In this document: piece after piece, positions 25,550-33,939 of the stretch
How positions within the stretch are numbered: the first letter of the stretch is position 1
How the letters are laid out: every line of letters starts with the position of its first letter
Virus record (IMG/VR): IMGVR_UViG_3300022697_000186
Location: 1 to 45,090 of that record
Source of the DNA: a virus
Taxonomy: Duplodnaviria; Heunggongvirae; Uroviricota; Caudoviricetes
Direction: 5' to 3' (one strand)
Length of the DNA: 45,090 bases
The notes under the pieces: model-generated
Database searches by the model: none
What the model was told of the DNA's origin: nothing
Seen by the model: only the letters and a program-made list of their open reading frames with translations
Made by a program: the position numbers and the translations under genes

Positions 25550-27649
25550 ATGAATAAAATAGATATATCTATTAAAAAACTAAATGGTTTAGTTTTAGAA
25601 CATGCATCTAACAGTGCAGTTCCAATAAAATCAAATTTATTAACTTGCTCTCTAAATGTAGAAATGATGAGACTTGGTTTCATCATGTCGAAAGATTTAA
25701 TGGAAACTTTTGCTACATTGGAAAGTAAAGTACAACAATCTACTGCAAAAAAAGTAATCTCTTGTCTTAAAAAATTAAAAGGTGATGATGTTACATATGT
25801 TCCTATGTATCCTAATTTTCCTGAACAAGTAATGAATATGTCACACTTCGAATTATACATGAATGCATTTCTTCATTATTGGTCAGATGGTAAATGGTCA
25901 CCAGAGACAGCAAAACTTCCAAGAAAATTCGAGTTAGAAGATACTAAGTTTAAACATATAAAAATGTTAAATGAAGATCAATTTTCCAATTTGTTCACAA
26001 CTTTACTAAGTTCGAATGATTCTTTATCTAGAGAAGATAAGTCTGTTATTGATTGGTATTTATTTAATCATGATGATTTAAGATATCCTGAAGAAATTCC
26101 TTATAAAGAAACTCTCTGTATTATTGCAGTAGATCTTCTTAATAAAAATGAAAGTATATCTGATATGGTTAAAACTTCTACAGATTTACTTCGTGTAATA
26201 ACTCATCTAAATGAAGGTGATATTTCGTTAACTGAAAATACTAAGTTTAAATCTCTTCCAAGGTCTAAACGTAAATATTTTACAATGTTATTAGAAAATA
26301 TTATTACAGAAGAAGATATTCAAAGACATCGTAATAAATGGGTTAGATTATTTCATAACTTACATGTAGGTGAATATTCAAATAAGGTAAGATTGATAGC
26401 AGATAAAATTAGATCTAATAAAAAATTAGAAACTACAGCTGGTAAAGTACAAGCGTTAATGAATAATTCAAAATTTGTGGAAGCATCTAAATTACTCATG
26501 ACAAGACCAGGTGAATTTGCTAGAAGATTAGATCATTTATTAAGAGAATCTAATGGTAATTCAATGACTATTATAGATAATTTTCATAAAGTACATTCTA
26601 ATATATCAACTCGTGTTTTAATGCAATTAGTAGGACATTTTAAGTCACGTAATAATATAGTAAATAGAGTAATATTCCCTAAAGGTAATACTCAAAAAGC
26701 TGTAATGATAGATACTAATAAAATTAGGATTCCTGAAAAAGAAATTAGATATCTATTAGATGGTATAGAATCTACATTATTAGATAGATTTTCTAAACTT
26801 AAACCTTTAGGTAATGTATTCATAGATGAGAGATTGAAAAAATGTCCTTTACCAGCACAACAACGTAGTTCTTCTACTGGATTGAATGTAGTAGCAAGAG
26901 GTACTAGATTACCTATTGATAACGACAAGAATACTTTACGATTCTTTATTCACTGGATAGGTATTGATATCGACCTCTCAGCAACATTACATAACGATGA
27001 TTTTAGTATGATTGAACATATATCTTACACAAATTTAAAGTCAACTGAATATCAGTCTGTTCATAGTGGAGATATTATTAGAGCTCCAGGACCTAAAGGT
27101 GCTTCTGAATTTATTGATATTACTATGGATAAGGCATTTGAATATGGTGTGCGATATATTGTAATGAATGTTTTAGTTTTTAATGGTCCTAATTTTAGTG
27201 AACATGAAAAATGTTATGCTGGATGGATGACAAGAAGTAAACCAAAAAGTAATGAGATGTTTGATCCTAAAACAGTAGAATCTAAGATTGATTTACAAGC
27301 AAATTCAAAGAATGCTATACCAGTAATTTTTGATTTAAAGACTAGGGAAGCAATTTGGTGTGATCTTATTACTCCTAGTCATATACAATGGCAAGAAGAA
27401 TCAAGTTTTGATAGAAAAAATAGGTTACATGGTAATAATGTACAAAATAATAAAGCATCAATTGAAGATGTTTTAAAATCTATTATATCATTAGATAATA
27501 AATCTACACTTCATGATTTATTAACACTTCATGCTTTAGCAAGAGGTAATATTGTTGATGTTCCTAATGATGCAGATGTATTGTTTGGTATTGAAGGAGA
27601 TGTTACTCCTAGAGATGTAAATATCATTAACTCAGAGTTTTTAGTATAA
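25550..27649 (+). CDS. 699-aa protein: large helical N-terminal region + C-terminal TerD-like domain (candidate TROVE/Ro60-like)
   Basis: TRPGEFARRLDHLLR helical motif; C-terminal DIDLSA, HSGD, ASEFIDI TerD-like motifs; flanked by the ncRNA repeats. Confidence 0.65.
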   Translation: MNKIDISIKKLNGLVLEHASNSAVPIKSNLLTCSLNVEMMRLGFIMSKDLMETFATLESKVQQSTAKKVISCLKKLKGDDVTYVPMYPNFPEQVMNMSHFELYMNAFLHYWSDGKWSPETAKLPRKFELEDTKFKHIKMLNEDQFSNLFTTLLSSNDSLSREDKSVIDWYLFNHDDLRYPEEIPYKETLCIIAVDLLNKNESISDMVKTSTDLLRVITHLNEGDISLTENTKFKSLPRSKRKYFTMLLENIITEEDIQRHRNKWVRLFHNLHVGEYSNKVRLIADKIRSNKKLETTAGKVQALMNNSKFVEASKLLMTRPGEFARRLDHLLRESNGNSMTIIDNFHKVHSNISTRVLMQLVGHFKSRNNIVNRVIFPKGNTQKAVMIDTNKIRIPEKEIRYLLDGIESTLLDRFSKLKPLGNVFIDERLKKCPLPAQQRSSSTGLNVVARGTRLPIDNDKNTLRFFIHWIGIDIDLSATLHNDDFSMIEHISYTNLKSTEYQSVHSGDIIRAPGPKGASEFIDITMDKAFEYGVRYIVMNVLVFNGPNFSEHEKCYAGWMTRSKPKSNEMFDPKTVESKIDLQANSKNAIPVIFDLKTREAIWCDLITPSHIQWQEESSFDRKNRLHGNNVQNNKASIEDVLKSIISLDNKSTLHDLLTLHALARGNIVDVPNDADVLFGIEGDVTPRDVNIINSEFLV

Positions 27650-27653
27650 TATT

Positions 27654-27717
27654 TGAGGCTATAGTAAAACTTCCTTCTACTTTTATTTGAAAAATCCTAG
27701 TTTTACCAATTTCCTCA
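27654..27717 (+). ncRNA. Y-RNA-like element, copy 4
   Basis: Near-identical to copy 3 (one substitution, one inserted T). Confidence 0.75.
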
Positions 27718-27724
27718 TAATTTA

Positions 27725-27756
27725 ACCTCTACCTTATGTATTTATAGGGTAGGGGT
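27725..27756 (+). terminator. Terminator-like hairpin
   Basis: ACCTCTACCTTAT-GTATTT-ATAGGGTAGGGGT, weak T tract. Confidence 0.55.
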
Positions 27757-27854
27757 AATTTTAATGATATAATATACAAATAATTTTTTCTTTAAAATTT
27801 AATTGAAAATGATATCCAATCAATAAATTTAGGACAAACAAATGTAGTAAGTAG

Positions 27855-27908
27855 CTACATTTTTATTGTAGGATTCCATGTAGGAGTCTGAAATATTTTT
27901 AAGGAGGT
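27855..27908 (+). repeat. 54-nt leader repeat upstream of nadM
   Basis: Identical to 28957..29010; includes hairpin GGATTCC-ATGTA-GGAGTCT and RBS AAGGAGGT. Confidence 0.9.
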
Positions 27909-27913
27909 TCATA

Positions 27914-28942
27914 ATGGACTACAGATATAATTATGGTGTTATAATCGGAAGATTTCAACCATTTCATAAGGGGCATGTAAACCTTATAGAAGAGGCAATG
28001 AAAATTGCTAAAACTATAATAATAGTTATTGGTTCTGCAACAGGAGCAGTAAATATTAAAAACCCATGGACGTATGAACAAAGAAAAGATATGATTCTTT
28101 CAGTGTTTAATAACCATGAAAATAAAATTCAATTTATTGGTGCTAGAGATTATTTTTATCAAGATAATATGTGGGTTACAGAAATACAACAAAAAATTAA
28201 TATGATTAATCAGGATGATGATAATACTTGTATTATAGGTACTTATAAAGATTCATCCTCATATTATCTTAGATTGTTTCCTCAATGGGATTTAGTACCT
28301 ACAAAAATACAAAGAGATTATCTTAGTTCTACTGATATAAGAAATTCTATGTATAATCGTGATACTTCTGAATTTAAGTGGGAAGATAATTTACCTAATA
28401 GTGTTGTTAAGTATTTACATGATGATTATTTAACCACAGAAATATATAAAAATATGATAGAAGAACATCAATTTGTACAAAATTATAAAACTCAGTGGAA
28501 AGATTCTCCATTTCCTCCAATATTTAGTACTGTAGATAATGTTGTTTTTAAATCTGGACATGTTTTAGTTATTAAACGTGGTGCAAATCCTGGTAAAGGT
28601 TTATATGCAATACCAGGTGGATTTCTAAAAGAAACTAAAACTTTAAAACAAACAGCATTAGATGAATTAAAAGAAGAAACTAGAATACCTATTGATAAAG
28701 TTATTCTTGAAAAACATATATTTGAAGAAAAAACTTTTGATTATGTAGGTCGTTCTACACGAGGTAGGACTATTACGCAAGCATTTGCTTATAATTTAGG
28801 TGATGGTAATTTACCATTAGTTAAAGGATCAGATGATGCATCTTGGGCAGGTTGGGTTCCATTAATGGATATACTCACAATGGAAAATAAATTTTATGAA
28901 GATCATTTTCATATAATTAATTATTTTGTAAATAGGTTTTAA
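27914..28942 (+). CDS. nadM: Bifunctional NMN adenylyltransferase / Nudix ADP-ribose pyrophosphatase
   Basis: IGRFQPFHKGH, KNPW, LSST.IR, Nudix box PGGF.....TL...ALDELKEET, GSDDA. Confidence 0.93.
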   Translation: MDYRYNYGVIIGRFQPFHKGHVNLIEEAMKIAKTIIIVIGSATGAVNIKNPWTYEQRKDMILSVFNNHENKIQFIGARDYFYQDNMWVTEIQQKINMINQDDDNTCIIGTYKDSSSYYLRLFPQWDLVPTKIQRDYLSSTDIRNSMYNRDTSEFKWEDNLPNSVVKYLHDDYLTTEIYKNMIEEHQFVQNYKTQWKDSPFPPIFSTVDNVVFKSGHVLVIKRGANPGKGLYAIPGGFLKETKTLKQTALDELKEETRIPIDKVILEKHIFEEKTFDYVGRSTRGRTITQAFAYNLGDGNLPLVKGSDDASWAGWVPLMDILTMENKFYEDHFHIINYFVNRF

Positions 28943-28943
28943 A

Positions 28944-28960
28944 GTAGTCAAGTTGACTAC
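28944..28960. promoter_or_regulatory. Palindromic operator, NrtR-box-like
   Basis: GTAGTCAA-G-TTGACTAC perfect inverted repeat with GT-N7-AC core; degenerate copy at 27844..27858. Confidence 0.5.
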
Positions 28961-29010
28961 ATTTTTATTGTAGGATTCCATGTAGGAGTCTGAAATATTT
29001 TTAAGGAGGT
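28957..29010 (+). repeat. 54-nt leader repeat upstream of nadV
   Basis: Identical to 27855..27908. Confidence 0.9.
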
Positions 29011-29015
29011 CCACA

Positions 29016-30401
29016 ATGGACAATTTAGTAATTGATAGCGATTCATACAAATTTTCGCACTGGTTACAGTACCCTAAAGGTACAACAAGAATGATCTCTT
29101 ACTTAGAAAGTAGAGTTGGTTCTAAATATCAAAATACAGTATTTTTCGGATTACAATATATTTTAAAAGAATATTTAACTAAAACAGTTACTATGGAAAT
29201 GATAGAAGAAGCAAAAGAATTTGCTACTTTACATATGGTACCATTTAACTACGAAGGTTGGAAATATATTGTAGAAGAACTTAAAGGTAAACTTCCAATA
29301 AGAATTAGAGCAGTACCCGAGGGAACTATTGTTCCAATTGATAATGTTTTAATGACAGTTGAAAGTACAGATCCAAAAGTGTTTTGGGTTGTATCTTGGT
29401 TTGAAACTATATTAATGAGAATATGGTATCCTATTACAGTTGCTACACAAAGTTGGCATTGTAAAGAAATTATAAAAAGTTATCTAGATAAAACATCAGA
29501 AGATACTGCAGCAGAAATTGGTTTTAAATTACATGATTTTGGATCTAGAGGTGTATCAAGTAGAGAATCTGCAATGATTGGTGGAGCAGCTCACTTAGTA
29601 AACTTTTTAGGTTCGGACACATGTGCAGGTATATGGTGTGCAAATAAATACTATAACGAAAAGATGGCAGGATTTTCAATACCAGCGGCAGAACATAGTA
29701 CTATGACAGCATATGGTAAAGACGGTGAAGAAGAGGCATATAGAAATATGCTAAAGCAATATGCTAAACCTGGAGCTATTGTAGCAGTAGTATCTGACTC
29801 ATGGGATATCTACAATGCTATAACTAATATTTGGGGAAAGAAACTCAAACAAGAAGTTATAGATTCAGGAGCTACTATTGTAATACGTCCTGATTCAGGT
29901 AATCCTCCTGAGGTTGTACTTAAATGTCTTGAATTATTAGAGGAAGCATATGGTGTTTCTTATAATACAAAAGGTTATAAAGTATTAAATCATGTTAGAG
30001 TAATACAAGGTGATGGTATTAATATAGATATGTTAAGAATTATATTAGAAACTATTACTAGTGCAGGTTATTCCGCAACAAATGTTGCTTTCGGAATGGG
30101 CGGTGGATTATTACAACAGTTGGATAGAGATACCCAAAGATTTGCCTTTAAGTGTTGTCTTATGACAATTGATGGTAAAGATGTAGATATATTTAAAGAA
30201 CCTGTAACTGATAGTATGAAAAGATCTAAATCCGGAGAACTTGATTTAGTTTATAATCATGGTAAGTTTGAAACAGTTAAAGGTACTAGAGTTATAGGTA
30301 GTATTATGAAAGATGTTTTTCTTAATGGTAAAATATTAAGAGAAACTAATTTAACTACTGTACGTGACAGAGTTAATGGTAAATTAACTCCGATTGATTA
30401 A
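29016..30401 (+). CDS. nadV: Nicotinamide phosphoribosyltransferase (NAMPT)
   Basis: DSDSYKFSH, LHDFGSRG, IPAAEHS, VSDSWD, IRPDSG, QGDGI, FGMGGGLLQ..DRDT..FAFK. Confidence 0.95.
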   Translation: MDNLVIDSDSYKFSHWLQYPKGTTRMISYLESRVGSKYQNTVFFGLQYILKEYLTKTVTMEMIEEAKEFATLHMVPFNYEGWKYIVEELKGKLPIRIRAVPEGTIVPIDNVLMTVESTDPKVFWVVSWFETILMRIWYPITVATQSWHCKEIIKSYLDKTSEDTAAEIGFKLHDFGSRGVSSRESAMIGGAAHLVNFLGSDTCAGIWCANKYYNEKMAGFSIPAAEHSTMTAYGKDGEEEAYRNMLKQYAKPGAIVAVVSDSWDIYNAITNIWGKKLKQEVIDSGATIVIRPDSGNPPEVVLKCLELLEEAYGVSYNTKGYKVLNHVRVIQGDGINIDMLRIILETITSAGYSATNVAFGMGGGLLQQLDRDTQRFAFKCCLMTIDGKDVDIFKEPVTDSMKRSKSGELDLVYNHGKFETVKGTRVIGSIMKDVFLNGKILRETNLTTVRDRVNGKLTPID

Positions 30402-30409
30402 TTATTTAA

Positions 30410-30430
30410 GGGGAGGACTTTAAACTCCCC
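30410..30430 (+). terminator. Hairpin after nadV
   Basis: GGGGAG-GACTTTAAA-CTCCCC; no clear T tract. Confidence 0.4.
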
Positions 30431-30447
30431 ATAAATTTGGAGAAATA

Positions 30448-30714
30448 ATGAAACTATATAATAATATAAATTTTAAATTTTTTAAAAAATATGCAAAAAT
30501 ATATATTAATGAAATAAGATTCACAAGTAAGGATAAATCAATAGATATTATGGATTCATTTTTAATAATATTAGTATCTTGTTTAATATTACTGTTATTA
30601 ATATTAGTTGGATCATTAGTAATAACAAATCCTAAAATACCAATAGTATTTGGTTTATTATTTGGTTTGGTATTTTTACTTAAATTTTGTTTGAATAAAT
30701 TAGATTTAAGTTGA
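30448..30714 (+). CDS. Membrane hypothetical protein
   Basis: Two C-terminal hydrophobic helices; RBS GGAG. Confidence 0.55.
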   Translation: MKLYNNINFKFFKKYAKIYINEIRFTSKDKSIDIMDSFLIILVSCLILLLLILVGSLVITNPKIPIVFGLLFGLVFLLKFCLNKLDLS

Positions 30715-30727
30715 TTTAATAATTAAT

Positions 30728-31073
30728 GGGGACGCAATGGTTTCGATTGGATTCCAAAGTTATTAATAGGCATGTCGTGGGGATAGTCGACCACGTAAAA
30801 ACGCTTAAAAGTCTTAATTGACGAAAATTCTTTCGCACTCGTAGCTTAAGCTACGACATCATACACCTAGTGTTTCCTAGTGTAAGTGTATTGGTGTAAT
30901 TTAATTAGGATAGTTTAGATTATTTCTGTTATAATCTATACGAAATTTAAACAGATAGTAAATGTAAAATTTGTTTGTGGAGATTGCATTTATAAACTAA
31001 ACACAGAATAAACATGTAGTCTATAGTAATCAAAGTTTTCAAGACTCGGGTTCGACTCCCGACGTCTCCACCA
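30728..31073 (+). ncRNA. ssrA: tmRNA, tag (A)DENSFALVA
   Basis: GGGGACG/CGTCTCC with G3:U70, T arm TTCGACT, ACCA; tag ORF 30820..30849. Confidence 0.93.
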
Positions 31074-31093
31074 CTAATAAAATCAAGTACTTA
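31073..31093 (+). repeat. 21-nt repeat with IHF consensus, copy 2
   Basis: ACTAATAAAATCAAGTACTTA directly after tmRNA CCA. Confidence 0.7.
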
Positions 31094-31152
31094 GGATTTA
31101 ATTTCTGGAATTAGATATAACTTGGTAGCATTTAAATTAAGAAAGGATATTC

Positions 31153-31362
31153 ATGTCAGATGAAATAATTGGTTCAGAATATACAGATGGTAAAGATAAA
31201 GTAAAAGTATTTCTTAGTAAATTTAATGGAAAAGATCTTATTCATATAAGAAAATTTTATGAAAAAGATGGAGAATGGAAACACGGAAAAGGTATAACTA
31301 TTAAACCAGATAATTTAGGTACGGTGATTGAAGGTTTACAGAAATTATATGAAACACTATAA
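31153..31362 (+). CDS. PC4/YdbC-like single-stranded nucleic-acid-binding protein
   Basis: F.GKDLIHIRKFY..DGEWK.GKGITI. Confidence 0.8.
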   Translation: MSDEIIGSEYTDGKDKVKVFLSKFNGKDLIHIRKFYEKDGEWKHGKGITIKPDNLGTVIEGLQKLYETL

Positions 31363-31369
31363 AAAATTT

Positions 31370-31457
31370 GGAGAGTTGACCGAGTGGTTTATGGTACTCC
31401 CCTGCTAAGGGAGAAGGTGTAATAGCCTCGTAGGTTCAAATCCTACACTCTCCGCCA
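31370..31457 (+). tRNA. trnS: tRNA-Ser(GCU)
   Basis: GGAGAGT/ACTCTCC, CTCCC-CTGCTAA-GGGAG, long variable arm, G73, CCA. Confidence 0.95.
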
Positions 31458-31484
31458 ACATTAAAATAATGGAGTAAAAACTAT

Positions 31485-32462
31485 ATGAGTAATGATTCTA
31501 ATATTTCTATTGTAAAAGAAATAATAAATAGGGATCGTGTATTAGCAGAAAGAGAAAATTCTATAGAAGATCATATAGAGGATAATGAACTTCCAGAAAT
31601 TAATAGTAAATGGGCAGTTGATGTAGATCGTGGTAAATATTGGGAATCAGGTGAAACTAAAGATACATTAGATTCTGGAGCTTATCTTACTCTTTATGAT
31701 GATAGACTTGGATTTTATTTTAAAAAGATGACAATGATAAATGATGATATAATTGATCTTCCTGATAACTCTAGCCGACAAGTAATTGAAGAAATTGAAA
31801 AATTTTGGAAGTTGGAAGATAAATTTAAAACTAGAGGATTTATATATAAAAGAGGAATACTTTTATGGGGAGATCCTGGGTCAGGTAAAACTAGTACAAT
31901 AAGATTAGCATCATTAGATATAATAAAAAGAGGTGGTGTTGTTATATATGGAACTGACTCTCATAATGCTTTAAATTGCCTACAAATATTAAGAAAAGTA
32001 GAACCTGAAAGACCAATAGTAATGATACTCGAAGACTTTGAAACTCTTATAGTAGATAAAAGAGAAGAGAATATTTGGTTATCTATACTTGATGGGGAAG
32101 CTCAAGTAAATAAGATAGTATTTCTTGCCACTACAAATTACCCAGAAAATTTAGATAAACGATTTATAGATAGACCATCAAGGTTTGATACAATACAAAA
32201 AATTGAAATGCCTACTGCTGATGCTAGAAAACTTTACTTTAAAAGTAAAGAACCATCCTTAACAAAAGTTGAGCTAGATGAATGGGTGAAAAAATCTAAA
32301 GGATTTTCTATCGCTCACTTAAAGGAAATGATTATAGGTGTTAAATGCTTGGATCAATCTTTAAATGTAGTTGTAGATAAAATTAAAGAGATGAGAGATA
32401 GAAAATTACATTCAAATAAAGCAATTGATAAAGAAACCAAATTTGGATTTGGTAATAATTGA
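31485..32462 (+). CDS. AAA+ ATPase
   Basis: Walker A GDPGSGKT, Walker B LEDFE, TTNYPE.LD, RPSRFD. Confidence 0.9.
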   Translation: MSNDSNISIVKEIINRDRVLAERENSIEDHIEDNELPEINSKWAVDVDRGKYWESGETKDTLDSGAYLTLYDDRLGFYFKKMTMINDDIIDLPDNSSRQVIEEIEKFWKLEDKFKTRGFIYKRGILLWGDPGSGKTSTIRLASLDIIKRGGVVIYGTDSHNALNCLQILRKVEPERPIVMILEDFETLIVDKREENIWLSILDGEAQVNKIVFLATTNYPENLDKRFIDRPSRFDTIQKIEMPTADARKLYFKSKEPSLTKVELDEWVKKSKGFSIAHLKEMIIGVKCLDQSLNVVVDKIKEMRDRKLHSNKAIDKETKFGFGNN

Positions 32463-32565
32463 TATATTTAAAAGGAGAATTTTAATGACATAGATTTGTT
32501 TACCACCATAACCTTAATTAAATTATAAATATAATATGTTTTTAAATTTAATTAAGGAGTTTGTA

Positions 32566-32907
32566 ATGAATAAAAAAGAAATATTTAATGGTATCAAAGA
32601 AGAACTTAAATCTTTAGCAATAGAGATTAGAGGTTTAAAAAGTCAGAGAAAAACTTATATTAACCCTTGGACCAAAACTAAAACAGGTTGGGTAAAAGGA
32701 TTATTGGTTGCATCTGATAATTTTAGATATAGTCATATAGCATATTGTATGTTAAGATTTGGTAGAACTATGGATGAAATTGAGCCTAAAGTTCAATGTG
32801 ATGATCCAACTTGTTTTACTATGATTGAACGACATGATTATGTTAAAAGGTATCTTAATGAGTATGAAACTAGGTTAAGCTGTGCAGAAGTTATACATAA
32901 TAGTTGA
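32566..32907 (+). CDS. Hypothetical phage protein
   Basis: ORF track 32536..32907; AAGGAG favours ATG 32566. Confidence 0.6.
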   Translation: MNKKEIFNGIKEELKSLAIEIRGLKSQRKTYINPWTKTKTGWVKGLLVASDNFRYSHIAYCMLRFGRTMDEIEPKVQCDDPTCFTMIERHDYVKRYLNEYETRLSCAEVIHNS

Positions 32908-33148
32908 TTCACATTTATCTAAGTCTCAACAAGCAGTACAAGGTGCTCATGTTGTGGCTGAATATTTAATTACTAATCCTAAAACTGAATGGAATAATGG
33001 AACTATTATTTTATTAAAACATTCAGAATTAGAAATATTAGTAAGTGAATGTGATGCTTTATTTAGAGAACCTGATTTAAATAATAAACTAACGGCAATT
33101 GCATTTCATAGATGTGAAGGTTGGTTTAATGATTTAAGATTAGTTTAA
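32882..33148 (+). CDS. Peptidyl-tRNA hydrolase PTH2-like protein
   Basis: KLYIIV..LSKSQQAVQ.AHVV, FREPDL.N.LTAIA. Confidence 0.65.
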   Translation: MQKLYIIVDSHLSKSQQAVQGAHVVAEYLITNPKTEWNNGTIILLKHSELEILVSECDALFREPDLNNKLTAIAFHRCEGWFNDLRLV

Positions 33149-33155
33149 ATTTTGT

Positions 33156-33232
33156 GGACCTGTAGCTCAGTTGTTAGAGCAGGGAATTCTAAACTCTATC
33201 GGTCGTGGGTTAAAATCCCACCAGGTCTACCA
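33156..33232 (+). tRNA. Degenerate tRNA, anticodon CUA (amber suppressor register) or UCU (Arg register)
   Basis: Good acceptor GGACCTG/CAGGTCT, D and T stems; anticodon stem mismatched; T loop TTAAAAT. Confidence 0.55.
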
Positions 33233-33328
33233 AATAAGAATAGTGATTCTTCTTTAAATCAAGAAATAGTTGATCTTCTATATTAACTCTTAAAAATTAT
33301 AGTAGAAGAAAAGTAGTTTAATTTATTA

Positions 33329-33404
33329 GGTGGTATAGTGTAGTCTGGTAACACGATGCCCTGTCAAGGCATTAACACGGGTTCAAATCCCGTTATCACC
33401 GCCA
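33329..33404 (+). tRNA. trnD: tRNA-Asp(GUC)
   Basis: GGTGGTA/TATCACC, ATGCC-CTGTCAA-GGCAT, G73, CCA. Confidence 0.95.
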
Positions 33405-33426
33405 CTAATCTATTTAAGGTAAACAA

Positions 33427-33636
33427 ATGAACATCGAATTTAAAATATATTTAAAAAGTATTGATGGATATGAAAACAATACTAAATGGTATAAACATAA
33501 TATACATAAATGTACTGGATTAGACATAGAACAGCTATTGAGAATTAAACCTTCTAAATATTGGCGTAAATTTAATATAATAAATTATTCAATATCTAAT
33601 CGACCAATTCTTCAATTTTTTAAAATAGGAGTATAA
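33427..33636 (+). CDS. Hypothetical protein
   Basis: RBS AAGGT. Confidence 0.5.
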   Translation: MNIEFKIYLKSIDGYENNTKWYKHNIHKCTGLDIEQLLRIKPSKYWRKFNIINYSISNRPILQFFKIGV

Positions 33637-33644
33637 GAAATATA

Positions 33645-33932
33645 ATGGAAACAAATAATCTAGAATTGTTTAGAAAATTTTTAAATGATCAAGTAATTAA
33701 ATATGGTCAAGGTAAAATGTCTAAAGATTGTATAGATAATGAAGAAGAATTAAATAAGGTATTAGAAGGATTAGATAAATCTGGTACAATAAAAAGTTGT
33801 TTATATAAATTTATTCAAGTTAAAGATGGTAAACAAACTCCTATATTTAAACTTGTTAAATTAAGATTCAATACCGAAACTAATAGAGCAGAAACCATAA
33901 AACATCCAAGGAATATTAATGATTTAAGGTGA
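33645..33932 (+). CDS. Hypothetical protein
   Basis: RBS AGGAG. Confidence 0.55.
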   Translation: METNNLELFRKFLNDQVIKYGQGKMSKDCIDNEEELNKVLEGLDKSGTIKSCLYKFIQVKDGKQTPIFKLVKLRFNTETNRAETIKHPRNINDLR

Positions 33933-33939
33933 GAAATGT

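Noticed and set aside
16175-27717. Repeats as a CRISPR array
   Set aside because: Not regularly spaced, too long and structured, and no cas genes
27855-27908. Known NAD+ riboswitch
   Set aside because: Does not resemble the NAD+-I or NAD+-II consensus as I know them; kept only as an unknown leader
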